A stretch of DNA of 61,020 bases from Sphaerochaetaceae bacterium (GTDB lineage Bacteria > Bacillota > Clostridia > Oscillospirales > CAG-272), in the NCBI GenBank assembly GCA_963656825.1, contig CAVKJG010000004.1, forward strand, positions 1-61,020, in the 5' to 3' direction. A program made the translations under genes and the position numbers. How positions within the stretch are numbered: position 1 is the stretch's first letter; each line of letters begins with the position of its first letter. Of the stretch, positions 37,375 to 46,392 are shown one piece after another. The notes under the pieces were generated by a model that was not told the DNA's origin, made no database searches, and worked only from the letters and a program-made list of their open reading frames with translations.

Positions 37375-37442
37375 TTTTATCCCTCCGGAATATAATAACG
37401 GATAAATAATATATCATAGTCCGGCGTTTGTCAATATGTGTG

Positions 37443-37471
37443 TTGACATTATCGCCGGTTTGTGCTAATAT
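37443..37471 (+). promoter_or_regulatory. sigma-A promoter
   Basis: TTGACA, a 17-nt spacer, then TAATAT. Confidence 0.65.
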
Positions 37472-37477
37472 ATGCGC

Positions 37478-37518
37478 GGTGAGTTCGTGACCATCCTCAC
37501 TTAAAACAAAACTACGGA
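37478..37518 (+). promoter_or_regulatory. preQ1-I riboswitch
   Basis: GGTGAG-TTCGTGACCATC-CTCAC hairpin followed by the TTAAAACAAAACTACGG tail, which reaches the GGAG Shine-Dalgarno. Lies directly upstream of queT. Confidence 0.7.
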
Positions 37519-37531
37519 GATGATGTTATTT

Positions 37532-38014
37532 ATGAAAAATCAAAAAATCCGCCACATTACCTACGGCGCGGTCATCGCCGCACTTTATACGGTGCTGAGC
37601 TTTGTTTCTTATTCGTTCGGACTTTCGGGAACGGCTGTCGTACAGCTGAGGCTTTCGGAGGCGCTGACGGTTCTGCCGGCGTTTATTCCGGCAGCCGTGC
37701 CGGGACTTGCGATAGGCTGTTTGCTTACGAATCTGCTCACGGGCGCAGCCGTATGGGATGTGGTTTTCGGAACGCTTGCAACGCTTATCGGCGCGCTCGG
37801 AACGCTTGCCATACGAAAGCACAAATGGCTTGCGCCGCTTCCGCCGATAATCGCAAATACGGCGATTCTGCCGCCCGTGCTTGCAAAGGTCTACGGCGGA
37901 GCGACGGTTTATGTGTTTATTCTGACCGTGGGGCTCGGAGAGATAGTCTGCTGCGGACTTTTCGGCGAAGGGCTTGTGTGGCTGATGAAAAAATACGGAT
38001 ACAAGCTCAAATAA
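37532..38014 (+). CDS. queT: queuosine-precursor transporter QueT
   Basis: Polytopic ~160 aa. TYGAVIAALYTVLS...RLSEALTVLP is QueT-like. ATG 37532 has the best SD spacing; the ORF opens at 37520. Confidence 0.75.
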   Translation: MKNQKIRHITYGAVIAALYTVLSFVSYSFGLSGTAVVQLRLSEALTVLPAFIPAAVPGLAIGCLLTNLLTGAAVWDVVFGTLATLIGALGTLAIRKHKWLAPLPPIIANTAILPPVLAKVYGGATVYVFILTVGLGEIVCCGLFGEGLVWLMKKYGYKLK

Positions 38015-38024
38015 TCGCTCATAA

Positions 38025-38055
38025 CAAAAAATCCGCCATGACGGCGGATTTTTTC
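38025..38055. terminator. bidirectional terminator
   Basis: AAAAAATCCGCC-ATGAC-GGCGGATTTTTT. Confidence 0.85.
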
Positions 38056-39709
38056 AGTTTTCGGAAAGGGTTATATATCCGTAGCCGTTTTCGTGCGTGA
38101 CGGTAGCGCAAAGCTCACCCGACGGAAAATACAGCTTATAGGTAAAGTTTTCGCCGTCGTCGCTTGTTTTTTCGGTGTAAAGCGGATAAAGCTTTTCGGC
38201 TTTTTCGTCCCAGAAATACAGGCGGTCAAAGCCGTCTATACGTTTTATACTTTCGTTCCAGCCGTGATAAAACGGGAAGCCAAGTACATCGAGCGGAACG
38301 ATTGACGGTTTTATTTCTCCGCCGGTTTTTGCGATTATCGCGCCGCGAAGCGCCCATTCGCTTTCGGTAACGCCGGTTATATGCTCGTGATACAGATAAT
38401 TCTGCTCCGACAGATGCGTTGAATTGAGATTGATTATGCCTATTCTTACGTTGCCCGCGGTTTCGGAAAGGTCGGCAAGCGCGGCGATTGCGGCAGTATC
38501 CTTTTTATAGCTTTGGTGATAATCATACGTTTCGGAGGCTCCCGCGATTATGAAAATCAAAGCAAACGCGGCGGTGACACAGCCGTTTATTGTTTTTTTG
38601 TTTTTTACAATAAGTCTTAAAATAAGGTCAAAAAGCAGCGCGGCACCGACCATGCTCGGAACTGTTCCGCGCAACGAAAACCATGCGTTTCCTATAAAAA
38701 TAAATGCGGCGGCGGGAGCAATCGCAAGCACAAGCGCGATAAGAGCCGTGAAAACGGGCTTTATTGTTATATCGTGGGGAATATTTTCCGAGCGTTTTAT
38801 CAAAAACAAAAGCGCGGCTGACAGTGCTATGGCTATGATAAGATACAGAAAATTCTTTTCGGAAAATATCAGCTTTATTCCGCGATAAAAGCCCTTTACA
38901 AGCGTCAACGATCCGCCCTTGATAAAAGCCGCGCCGATCTGACGCGAAGCATATTCAAGCTGAGTGTTCCAGAAATATTTTGTAAACGGCGAAACGATAT
39001 CAATTCTTTTTGAAAGCGCGCCGTCCGAGCCGAAAACCGAGGTGAAAACAAAATATATCGCAGCGTTTGAAAGGGAAGCGAGTGTAATATATGCGCGCCT
39101 GTTTTTTTGCAGAGCGAAAATAACGGCAAAAATTATGCAGATAAGAAACGATACAATGAATATCTGCTCATATACCGAAAACGAAAGTAACTGAAAAATT
39201 ACAAACAATACGGCAAAAGCTGCGCTTTTTCCGTCCGTGAATTTTACAAGCGCAAAAAGCGAAACCGCAGTAAAAAACAATCCGCTGACTATGCGCGACG
39301 ACGCGGATATCCAATACGTTCCTTCAAAGCACAGCGGCAAAAGCGAATAAAATACAACAAAAAATATGCCCGTGCCGAAAAATCTGCTGAAAACCTTATA
39401 AAACAACACGGCGGAAGCGCCGTAAAGAGCGCTTATCAGCAGTACGGCAAGAATCATATTGTCCCAGAACGGCGCAAATACATAAAGATCGAGAATTATT
39501 GCGAGCGGGCGGGAAGAAAACAGCCCCTCCTGTTGTATCAGCCCGATATAACTCTGCGACGACGGATAATTATGATACTGTATATAATCATCGCCTTGAT
39601 AAGCATATGAAAATCCGCAAAAAACAAACCGCAGAAAAATCATAAATACTATGCAGATAAATAACATCAGGTCGCGGTGGGATATTATAAAATCCTTTAT
39701 TTTTCGCAT
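38054..39709 (-). CDS. large polytopic membrane protein, possibly a GT-C-type glycosyltransferase
   Basis: ATG 39709 has AAAGAGG upstream. About 12 TM helices. The acidic first loop YQGDDYIQY and a ~170-aa C-terminal soluble domain are present. The family was not identified. Confidence 0.4.
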   Translation of the reverse strand: MRKIKDFIISHRDLMLFICIVFMIFLRFVFCGFSYAYQGDDYIQYHNYPSSQSYIGLIQQEGLFSSRPLAIILDLYVFAPFWDNMILAVLLISALYGASAVLFYKVFSRFFGTGIFFVVFYSLLPLCFEGTYWISASSRIVSGLFFTAVSLFALVKFTDGKSAAFAVLFVIFQLLSFSVYEQIFIVSFLICIIFAVIFALQKNRRAYITLASLSNAAIYFVFTSVFGSDGALSKRIDIVSPFTKYFWNTQLEYASRQIGAAFIKGGSLTLVKGFYRGIKLIFSEKNFLYLIIAIALSAALLFLIKRSENIPHDITIKPVFTALIALVLAIAPAAAFIFIGNAWFSLRGTVPSMVGAALLFDLILRLIVKNKKTINGCVTAAFALIFIIAGASETYDYHQSYKKDTAAIAALADLSETAGNVRIGIINLNSTHLSEQNYLYHEHITGVTESEWALRGAIIAKTGGEIKPSIVPLDVLGFPFYHGWNESIKRIDGFDRLYFWDEKAEKLYPLYTEKTSDDGENFTYKLYFPSGELCATVTHENGYGYITLSEN

Positions 39710-39810
39710 ATTGCCTCTTTGAAAAAGCATCGTTGTGATGACATTATAACATATAAAACATAAGGCTTCAATCAATTATCGAAAACAAAAAAGTTTTTTG
39801 CAATACGATA

Positions 39811-39839
39811 TTGACAAAATCGGGATATTGCGATATAAT
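39811..39839 (+). promoter_or_regulatory. consensus sigma-A promoter of tRNA-Pro
   Basis: TTGACA, a 17-nt spacer, then TATAAT. Confidence 0.7.
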
Positions 39840-39886
39840 ATTCTGCGCGCTGAAATATTTCGGTGCGGAAAAACCAGAATATTTAT

Positions 39887-39963
39887 CGGGGTGTGGCTCA
39901 GTTTGGTAGAGTGCTTGGTTCGGGACCAAGAGGCCGGAGGTTCAAATCCTCTCACTCCGACCA
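39887..39963 (+). tRNA. tRNA-Pro (anticodon CGG)
   Basis: CGGGGTG acceptor, anticodon arm CTTGG-TTCGGGA-CCAAG, T arm GGAGG-TTCAAAT-CCTCT, encoded CCA. Confidence 0.9.
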
Positions 39964-39967
39964 GAAA

Positions 39968-39995
39968 GACGAAGGCGGGAAGCCTTCGTTTTTTA
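39968..39995 (+). terminator. rho-independent terminator after tRNA-Pro
   Basis: CGAAGGC-GGGAA-GCCTTCG followed by TTTTTT. Confidence 0.8.
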
Positions 39996-40008
39996 TAGCA
40001 AAAAAGAG

Positions 40009-40091
40009 GATTTGAACGGAGCGGGAGTGAATGACAGTCCGGTGGACTGTCAGAGCCGCGACGACCGAGCCCGCAGGCGAGAATTCAAATC
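40009..40091 (-). repeat. structured repeat element, copy 2 (inverted relative to 8051-8148)
   Basis: The minus strand reads GATTTGAATTCTCGC...GCTCGGTCGTCGCGGCTCTGACAGTCC-ACC-GGACTGTCATTCACTCCCGCTCCGTTCAAATC. Confidence 0.6.
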
Positions 40092-40100
40092 TGATAAAAA

Positions 40101-40139
40101 CAATAGCCTGCCGCAAAATTATTTTGCGGCAGGCTATTG
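40101..40139. repeat. perfect 39-bp palindrome overlapping the -35 of the MATE promoter
   Basis: CAATAGCCTGCCGCAAAAT-T-ATTTTGCGGCAGGCTATTG. The AAAAA on its left makes it a minus-strand terminator shape. Confidence 0.75.
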
Positions 40140-40164
40140 ACATTCCGAGAAAAAAATATATAAT
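40137..40164 (+). promoter_or_regulatory. sigma-A promoter of the MATE gene
   Basis: TTGACA, a 16-nt spacer, then TATAAT. Confidence 0.6.
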
Positions 40165-40193
40165 GTGAAAAGATTTTCTCGGGAGGCGCTTTT

Positions 40194-41657
40194 ATGAACA
40201 AGCAAAAGGGCTTATTTTCACGGCTTTCAAAGCCTATGGATCTTACCGTGGGGACGCCGTGGAAGGTGATACTCAAATATTCCGGTCCTATAATAATATC
40301 GTATCTTCTTCAACAGATATATGTTCTTACCGACGCCATAATATGCGGACAGGTGCTTTCATCTCCGGAGGTTGCGGGCGTAAACGATACATTTCCGCTT
40401 ACGTTTATATTTCTTCAGTTCGCATTCGGATGTACTGCCGGATTTTCGGTTATAACCGCTAAATTTGTGGGGCAGAATGATCCGGCGGGAGTAAGAAAAT
40501 CATTTGCCGCACAGATATATCTTTCCGTCGGGATATCGGCGGTCCTTACGGTGCTTTCGATAATTCTTCTGCCGTGGCTTTTGGGAATAATAAATGTAAC
40601 AACAGCCAACAAAGAAGTATATGACGCCGCATACAGCTATTGCTTTGTGATATTTATAGGAATAATCGCGCAGATGGGATATAACTTTATCTGCGGAATA
40701 CTTCGCGCCTACGGAGATTCGGTAACGCCGCTTGTATTTCTTGTGATTTCCACGGCGCTCAACGTCGTGCTTGATATAGTGTTTCTTTCCGTTTTCAAAA
40801 TGGGACCGTCCGGCGCGGCGATAGCTACCGTGCTTGCACAGTTTATCAGCGTTATTGCCTGCTCGGCTTACACATTTATAAGATATAAGGAGCTTCGTCT
40901 GAGAGCGGAGGATTTCAGAGTCGGTTTCGATTCGCTTATGCTTCATATAAAGCAGGGAATCCCGCTCGGACTGCAATTCTCTGTGCTTGCGGTAGGCGTT
41001 ATAGTTATGCACGGAGCAGTTGTGGAATTCGATCTTATGCCGGACGGAACGATGGTTTCCGGAACGCCGGCACAGAACGGCTACGGCGCGGGAAGCAAGC
41101 TTATAAATTTCCTTATGGCAGCATTCAACGGACTCGGCTCGGCGATACTCGGCTTCAACGCGCAGAACTACGGAAAAAAGGATTATGACAGAATAAAGCG
41201 CGGAACAATCCAGACGCTTATCATTATGTGTATCGTATCGCTTGTCTGTCTTGCCGGAGGATTTCTGCTTTCGATAAACGGCGCATATCAGTATATTTTT
41301 ATGAGCGCCGACAAGGTTTCTTCGGAAACCATACGCTTCGGAAATATATTCCTTTATGTCGATGTAGCATTTTATGCGGTGCTCGGTTTTCTTATAGTTG
41401 TAAGAAGTGCCGTGCAGGGAATATTTCTTCCTGCATATGTTCTCGGCGCAGGCGTTGCCGAGCTTACGGCAAGAGTTCTGATATGCTCGTTTCTGCCGCA
41501 GATAGTAAACGGCGCGCCCATAGATTCCGGCGCTTCGTCGCTTGCCTTTGCCGCAGTGTGCTTCGGAGATCCGGGCGCGTGGATATTTGCTTCGGCACTG
41601 CTTTTGATTCCGTTTGTAAAATACATAATACATAAGAAATACAGGAAAACGCTTTGA
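40194..41657 (+). CDS. MATE-family efflux transporter
   Basis: 487 aa with 12 TM helices. The N-terminus GTPWKVILKYSGPIIISYLLQQIYVLTDAIICGQ is typical of MATE/NorM-like proteins. Confidence 0.8.
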   Translation: MNKQKGLFSRLSKPMDLTVGTPWKVILKYSGPIIISYLLQQIYVLTDAIICGQVLSSPEVAGVNDTFPLTFIFLQFAFGCTAGFSVITAKFVGQNDPAGVRKSFAAQIYLSVGISAVLTVLSIILLPWLLGIINVTTANKEVYDAAYSYCFVIFIGIIAQMGYNFICGILRAYGDSVTPLVFLVISTALNVVLDIVFLSVFKMGPSGAAIATVLAQFISVIACSAYTFIRYKELRLRAEDFRVGFDSLMLHIKQGIPLGLQFSVLAVGVIVMHGAVVEFDLMPDGTMVSGTPAQNGYGAGSKLINFLMAAFNGLGSAILGFNAQNYGKKDYDRIKRGTIQTLIIMCIVSLVCLAGGFLLSINGAYQYIFMSADKVSSETIRFGNIFLYVDVAFYAVLGFLIVVRSAVQGIFLPAYVLGAGVAELTARVLICSFLPQIVNGAPIDSGASSLAFAAVCFGDPGAWIFASALLLIPFVKYIIHKKYRKTL

Positions 41658-41786
41658 TTTTTATAGGCTTCGGCTGAAAATATCGCATAAATTTTTTTCA
41701 ATTCAACACAAAGCGTGATCTGTGTTGTTCAATTTACGGTTTTTTCTTTTTATAATAAAATCACAAAATAAAAGGAGGCTGTGAAT

Positions 41787-42140
41787 ATGAACACAGATAA
41801 AATTTACGCAGAGCAGCTCGCAAACGAGTATGCGCCCAAACAAACTTCGAAGGTAGTGGCACTTAAAAAGCTTGACAGAAAAGCCAAGCTTCCGGCAAAT
41901 ATTTTCGCCTATACATTCGGCATTGTATTTTCTCTTGTTTTCGGAACCGGAATGTGTCTGGCTATGAAGGTTATAGGCGCGGGAAGCACGGCATCGGTTG
42001 CGCTTGGAGTTGTTATAGGCATTATAGGAATGATAGGTATCGGGATAAACTATCCTATATACAAAAAGCTGCTTGAAAGCGGCAGGAAGAAATACGCCTT
42101 TGAAATTATGCAGCTTGCAAAAGAAATAAGCGAAAGCTGA
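41787..42140 (+). CDS. small two-TM membrane protein, unknown function
   Basis: ATG 41787 lies 8 nt after AAGGAGG. Central hydrophobic hairpin flanked by charged termini. Confidence 0.5.
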   Translation: MNTDKIYAEQLANEYAPKQTSKVVALKKLDRKAKLPANIFAYTFGIVFSLVFGTGMCLAMKVIGAGSTASVALGVVIGIIGMIGIGINYPIYKKLLESGRKKYAFEIMQLAKEISES

Positions 42141-42143
42141 CAC

Positions 42144-42806
42144 ATGAAACTGCTTGAAAGGTTTGTCAATGGAAGCGCTGACGACCGTGCTTACAGCAGG
42201 ATTTGTCGCAGCACGGTAATACATTTTGCTTATGCGGTATTTCGGGCGATAATGGGGTCGCTCCATTCTTCAGTCTGGTATTTATCTTCGGCGGCATATT
42301 TTTTCGTGCTTGGAATTATGAGAATGATGCTCGCCGCATCGTATCGCAAAAGGGCGATGTACGGGGCAGGGTATGAGCGCGGTAAATATCTTCTTACGGG
42401 GTGGCTTCTTCTTGTTTTGAATATCCCTATGGGCGGAATGACATTGCTTATGACAGTAACCGATACGGTAAGCTCGTATCCCGGATACACAATATATGCT
42501 TCCGCTGCGTACACATTTTACATGATAACGCTTTCGGTTATAAATCTTTTCAGGTTCAAAAAGCTTAAAAGCCGTATTCTTTCGGCGGCAAAGATACTTG
42601 ATTTTGTCGCCGCCATGATGTCTGTACTGATACTTCAAAATGCGCTTATATCCGAGTTTTCAGAAAACAGCGGAGATTTCCGTAAGCTTATGAACATATT
42701 GACGGGAACGGGGATATATGTTATTGTTATAGTGTTGGCGATATATATGATAATCAATGTAAAACACGAAGGCAAGGAGAAAACGGATGAACAAATCGGA
42801 AAGTAA
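42144..42806 (+). CDS. polytopic membrane protein, unknown function
   Basis: 220 aa with about 6 TM helices. Tightly packed between its neighbours. Confidence 0.5.
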   Translation: MKLLERFVNGSADDRAYSRICRSTVIHFAYAVFRAIMGSLHSSVWYLSSAAYFFVLGIMRMMLAASYRKRAMYGAGYERGKYLLTGWLLLVLNIPMGGMTLLMTVTDTVSSYPGYTIYASAAYTFYMITLSVINLFRFKKLKSRILSAAKILDFVAAMMSVLILQNALISEFSENSGDFRKLMNILTGTGIYVIVIVLAIYMIINVKHEGKEKTDEQIGK

Positions 42807-43374
42807 ATACTTCAATACTTCCGTCCGCATGGATAAAGCCCTTATGTCTTTACTTGAAAAAAAGGATTTTGAGTATATAACCGTTAAAGAGATATGCCTT
42901 GAAGCAGACGTCAACAGATCAACTTTCTATCTGCACTACGAAAACACAAGAGAGCTTCTTGAAGAGGCTATAGCATATATGCAAAAAGAGTTTTGGTCTT
43001 ATTTTTCGGATGCTTCAAATTTTGCATCGGAGCTTTCGAGTCGTTCCAGAAGCGAGCTTATGCTTATAACTCCGGAATACCTTCTGCCTTATCTGAATTT
43101 TATATCCGATCACAGAAGACTGTACGGCGCGGCTATGAAAAATCTCTCGAATTTCCGGTCGGAAGCAATTTACGGGCAGATGTTCAGGGATATTTTCAAC
43201 CCGATTCTTCAATGTTTTTCCGTTCCGGAGGAAATACGGGGTTATATCATGGCGTTTTATCTCAACGGCATTGGCGCAATCGTCTCCGAATGGCTTCGCA
43301 CCGATTGCAAGGACTCTGCGGAATTCATTGCGGACGTAATCATCCGGTGCATACCTTCATATAAAGAGTCCTGA
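42787..43374 (+). CDS. TetR/AcrR-family transcriptional regulator
   Basis: N-terminal HTH KDFEYITVKEICLEADVNRSTFYLHY. Confidence 0.8.
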   Translation: MNKSESKYFNTSVRMDKALMSLLEKKDFEYITVKEICLEADVNRSTFYLHYENTRELLEEAIAYMQKEFWSYFSDASNFASELSSRSRSELMLITPEYLLPYLNFISDHRRLYGAAMKNLSNFRSEAIYGQMFRDIFNPILQCFSVPEEIRGYIMAFYLNGIGAIVSEWLRTDCKDSAEFIADVIIRCIPSYKES

Positions 43375-43421
43375 GAGTAAACTGCCTTACGGACTCTTTA
43401 TGCCAAAACATTTTTACAGTA

Positions 43422-43450
43422 AAAAAAGACGGCTTTTTGCCGTCTTTTTG
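43422..43450 (+). terminator. rho-independent terminator
   Basis: AAAAAGACGGC-TTTTT-GCCGTCTTTTT. Confidence 0.85.
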
Positions 43451-43512
43451 CTCGGTTTACGGTGTTGTAGTCCGTCTTATACGCGCTGTAATAGTCTTTT
43501 CGGGGCATTATA

Positions 43513-43541
43513 TTGACTTTTGTCTTTTTTTGAAATATAAT
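43513..43541 (+). promoter_or_regulatory. sigma-A promoter
   Basis: TTGACT, a 17-nt spacer, then TATAAT. Confidence 0.6.
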
Positions 43542-43568
43542 AATCGGGTATAATGCGAAAGGAGCTTT

Positions 43569-44351
43569 ATGATTTTTATGAAGAAATCATTCAAAATACT
43601 TGCCATAGGCAACAGCTTCAGCTGTGATGCGTATGAATATCTTTACAGAGTGGCGGACAGCATGGGAGAAAAAAATATCGTGCTCGGAAATCTTTATATT
43701 CCCGGCTGCACCGTTGACATACACAGCGCAAACGCTCTTTACGGCGCGCCGGTATATCAGTATTTCAAAAATACGGACGGACAGTGGAAATCCACAATGT
43801 TTGCAACGATAGAAAAAGCCGTAAAGGAAGAAGACTGGGATGTTATAACAATGCAGCAGGGCAGCGGTTCGAGCGGAATGCCCGACGCCTTTTCAAACCT
43901 CGGACTTCTTGTCGATTGCGTAAACAAGATAAAATCCGAAAAAACAAAGCTTATGTGGCATATGACGTGGGCGTATCAGGGCGACAGCACTCACATTCAT
44001 TTTTGTCGTTATGACCACGACCAGATGAAAATGTATAACGCGATATGCTCGTGCGTGCAGAATCAGGTGCTTTCGATAAAGGATATTGTCGGAGTGATTC
44101 CGTGCGGAACTACGATACAGAATCTTCGTGCAGGCTACATGGGCGATACGCTTACCCGCGACGGCTTTCATCTTTCGATCCCCGTGGGAAGATATGCGGC
44201 GGCAGTGACGATGTATTTTGCCATAACGGGAAAAGACGTATCGAAGCTTCGCTGCGATCTTTCGGGACTGATAAGCAGAAAGGCTCTTGCCGAGATAAAA
44301 GCCTGCGTTGCGGACGCATTGAAAAATCCCTTTAAGGTTACAAAAAGATAA
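43569..44351 (+). CDS. DUF4886-like SGNH-fold hydrolase
   Basis: FKILAIGNSFSCDAYEYL N-terminal block. 260 aa. Confidence 0.55.
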   Translation: MIFMKKSFKILAIGNSFSCDAYEYLYRVADSMGEKNIVLGNLYIPGCTVDIHSANALYGAPVYQYFKNTDGQWKSTMFATIEKAVKEEDWDVITMQQGSGSSGMPDAFSNLGLLVDCVNKIKSEKTKLMWHMTWAYQGDSTHIHFCRYDHDQMKMYNAICSCVQNQVLSIKDIVGVIPCGTTIQNLRAGYMGDTLTRDGFHLSIPVGRYAAAVTMYFAITGKDVSKLRCDLSGLISRKALAEIKACVADALKNPFKVTKR

Positions 44352-44587
44352 AGCAAAGTGATATATAAAACGGGATTAAAAGCCTTATGGGCGGTTTTGC
44401 CGAAAAAAGACGGAAAAAATTTTGTTGAAAATGCCTATAACATTTTCGCCCGAAATGTGTTATAATTAAATTACAAACACGATAAAGCCGAAAAATGCGG
44501 CTTGCAGACGCCGAACCGTTTTGCGCTCTGTCTGCGGGCTGTTTCTTCGGACTGTTCCGAAAAAACGGGTGAGAAGGAGGCTTTTTT

Positions 44588-45115
44588 ATGACACCGGATA
44601 TAGGAATGAACGTCGTCTACGGAACGAGCGGGGTGTGCTCGGTTATCGATATGCGCGAGGAAGACTTCGGAGGCGGAAGGAAGCTTTATTACGTTCTCAG
44701 ACCGCTCGGAAAGCATTCCGGCAGCACGGATATTTTTGTTCCGGCGGATAATGAACGCCTTCTGGGAAAAATAAAAAACGTCCTGACGCCGCAGGAAATA
44801 TACGAGCTTATAGATATTGTTCCGGAGGAGCACGTTGAATGGATAGACGACAACAGAGCCCGCGGAATGAAATTTGAATCCGTTATAGCCGGAGGCGACA
44901 GAAAAGAGCTTATTGCGTTTACGAAAGCCGCCTGCCGCAAAAAGCGCGAGCTTTCAAAGCAGGGAAAAAAGCTCAGCATTGCCGACGAGCGCTTTATACG
45001 CGCCGCGGAAAAAATGCTTTTTGAAGAATTTGCGTTCGCCTTTGAAATAGAGCAGAGCGAGGTTCTGCCGTTTATAACAAAGCAGATTAAATGCAGGGAA
45101 AAAGAAAGCGTCTGA
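44588..45115 (+). CDS. CarD/CdnL-family transcriptional regulator-like protein
   Basis: The N-terminal domain VVYGTSGVCSVIDMREEDFGGGRKLYYVL resembles the CarD_TRCF RNAP-interaction domain. Confidence 0.55.
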   Translation: MTPDIGMNVVYGTSGVCSVIDMREEDFGGGRKLYYVLRPLGKHSGSTDIFVPADNERLLGKIKNVLTPQEIYELIDIVPEEHVEWIDDNRARGMKFESVIAGGDRKELIAFTKAACRKKRELSKQGKKLSIADERFIRAAEKMLFEEFAFAFEIEQSEVLPFITKQIKCREKESV

Positions 45116-45123
45116 TAAAAAGT

Positions 45124-45156
45124 AAAGCCTTCGGAGATGTATCCGAAGGCTTTTTG
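45124..45156. terminator. bidirectional terminator
   Basis: AAAGCCTTCGGA-GATGTA-TCCGAAGGCTTTTT. Confidence 0.85.
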
Positions 45157-45159
45157 AAT

Positions 45160-46392
45160 TTATATTCTGACTTTTTCCTGATCTGCGGCGTTCAGAATGA
45201 GCGCGGCGATTATATCGGAGATTTTCTCCATTGCCTCGCACGAGGCAAATTCAAATCTCGAATGGAAGTTTTCGCCGCCCGTGCAGAGATTGGGACAGGG
45301 AAGTCCCATAAACGAAAGCCTTGCTCCGTCCGTGCCGCCGCGTATCGGAACGGTTTTCGGCTCTACGCCGCAACAGAGCATGGCTTTTTTGGCGCGGTCG
45401 ATTATAAACATATTCGGCTCAATCTTCTCTTTCATATTGTAGTACGAATCGGAAACGGTAAGCTCCACCGTGCCGTTGCCGTATTTTTTGTTCAGTGCCG
45501 CAGCTATATCGGAAAACTGCGCTTTCTTTTTCTCGAATTTTGCTCTGTCGTGATCGCGGATTATATAATAAAGCTCGGCTTTTTCAATTCCGCCGGAAAT
45601 CGACGAAAGGTGATGAAAGCCTTCGTAGCCTTCCGTTTTTTCGGGAACTTCGTCAGGCGGAAGCATCGAATTGAACTCGCACGCAATGACGGAGGCGTTT
45701 TTCATTTTGTCCTTTGCTGAGCCCGGGTGAATTGAAATTCCGTTTATTTTTATATGCGCACCCGCTGCATTGAAGTTTTCGTATTCGATTTCGCCGAGCG
45801 TTCCGCCGTCAACGGTGTAGGCATAGTCTGCGGCAAAGCCGGCAACATCAAAGTGATTAGCTCCTCTGCCGATCTCTTCGTCGGGCGTAAAGCATATCCT
45901 GACCGTGCCGTGAGGCTTTCCGGATGCGATGATTTTTTCCGTTGCCGTCATTATTTCGGCGATGCCCGCCTTGTCGTCCGCGCCGATGAGCGTTGTGCCG
46001 TCGGAAACGATAAGATGCTGACCTTTGTAGTTTTCAAGGTACGGATAGTCTGCCGTGCGCATAACTATGTTTTCTTTTTCGTTAAGTAAAATATCGCCGC
46101 CGTCATAATCCACTATGCGCGCCTTTATATTCGTATCCGACGCTTCGCAGGACGTATCCATATGAGCTATAAGTCCTATTGTGTTTATTTCCTTGTCACA
46201 GTTTGACGGAAGCGTTGCGTAAACGTAGCCGAAGCAATCGACGCGCGCGTCGGACAGTCCTGCCACTTTAAGCTCGGAGCAAAGCTCGCGCGCAAGGTCA
46301 AGCTGTTTTTTTGTGCTCGGGACGGTGTCGCTCGATCCGTCCGACATTGTGGGGTAAGACACATATTTCAAAAATCTTTCGTATGCTTTCAT
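45160..46392 (-). CDS. pepT: peptidase T (tripeptide aminopeptidase)
   Basis: 410 aa. MKAYERFLKYV...IGLIAHMDT...GADDKAGIAEI are M20B hallmarks. Confidence 0.85.
   Translation of the reverse strand: MKAYERFLKYVSYPTMSDGSSDTVPSTKKQLDLARELCSELKVAGLSDARVDCFGYVYATLPSNCDKEINTIGLIAHMDTSCEASDTNIKARIVDYDGGDILLNEKENIVMRTADYPYLENYKGQHLIVSDGTTLIGADDKAGIAEIMTATEKIIASGKPHGTVRICFTPDEEIGRGANHFDVAGFAADYAYTVDGGTLGEIEYENFNAAGAHIKINGISIHPGSAKDKMKNASVIACEFNSMLPPDEVPEKTEGYEGFHHLSSISGGIEKAELYYIIRDHDRAKFEKKKAQFSDIAAALNKKYGNGTVELTVSDSYYNMKEKIEPNMFIIDRAKKAMLCCGVEPKTVPIRGGTDGARLSFMGLPCPNLCTGGENFHSRFEFASCEAMEKISDIIAALILNAADQEKVRI

Noticed and set aside
8051-40091. Treating the 32-kb segment between the inverted repeat copies as a mobile element or genomic island.
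   Set aside because: Its content is essential core genes (ribosomal proteins, secY, rpoA, nusA, infB). There are no mobility genes and no compositional break.
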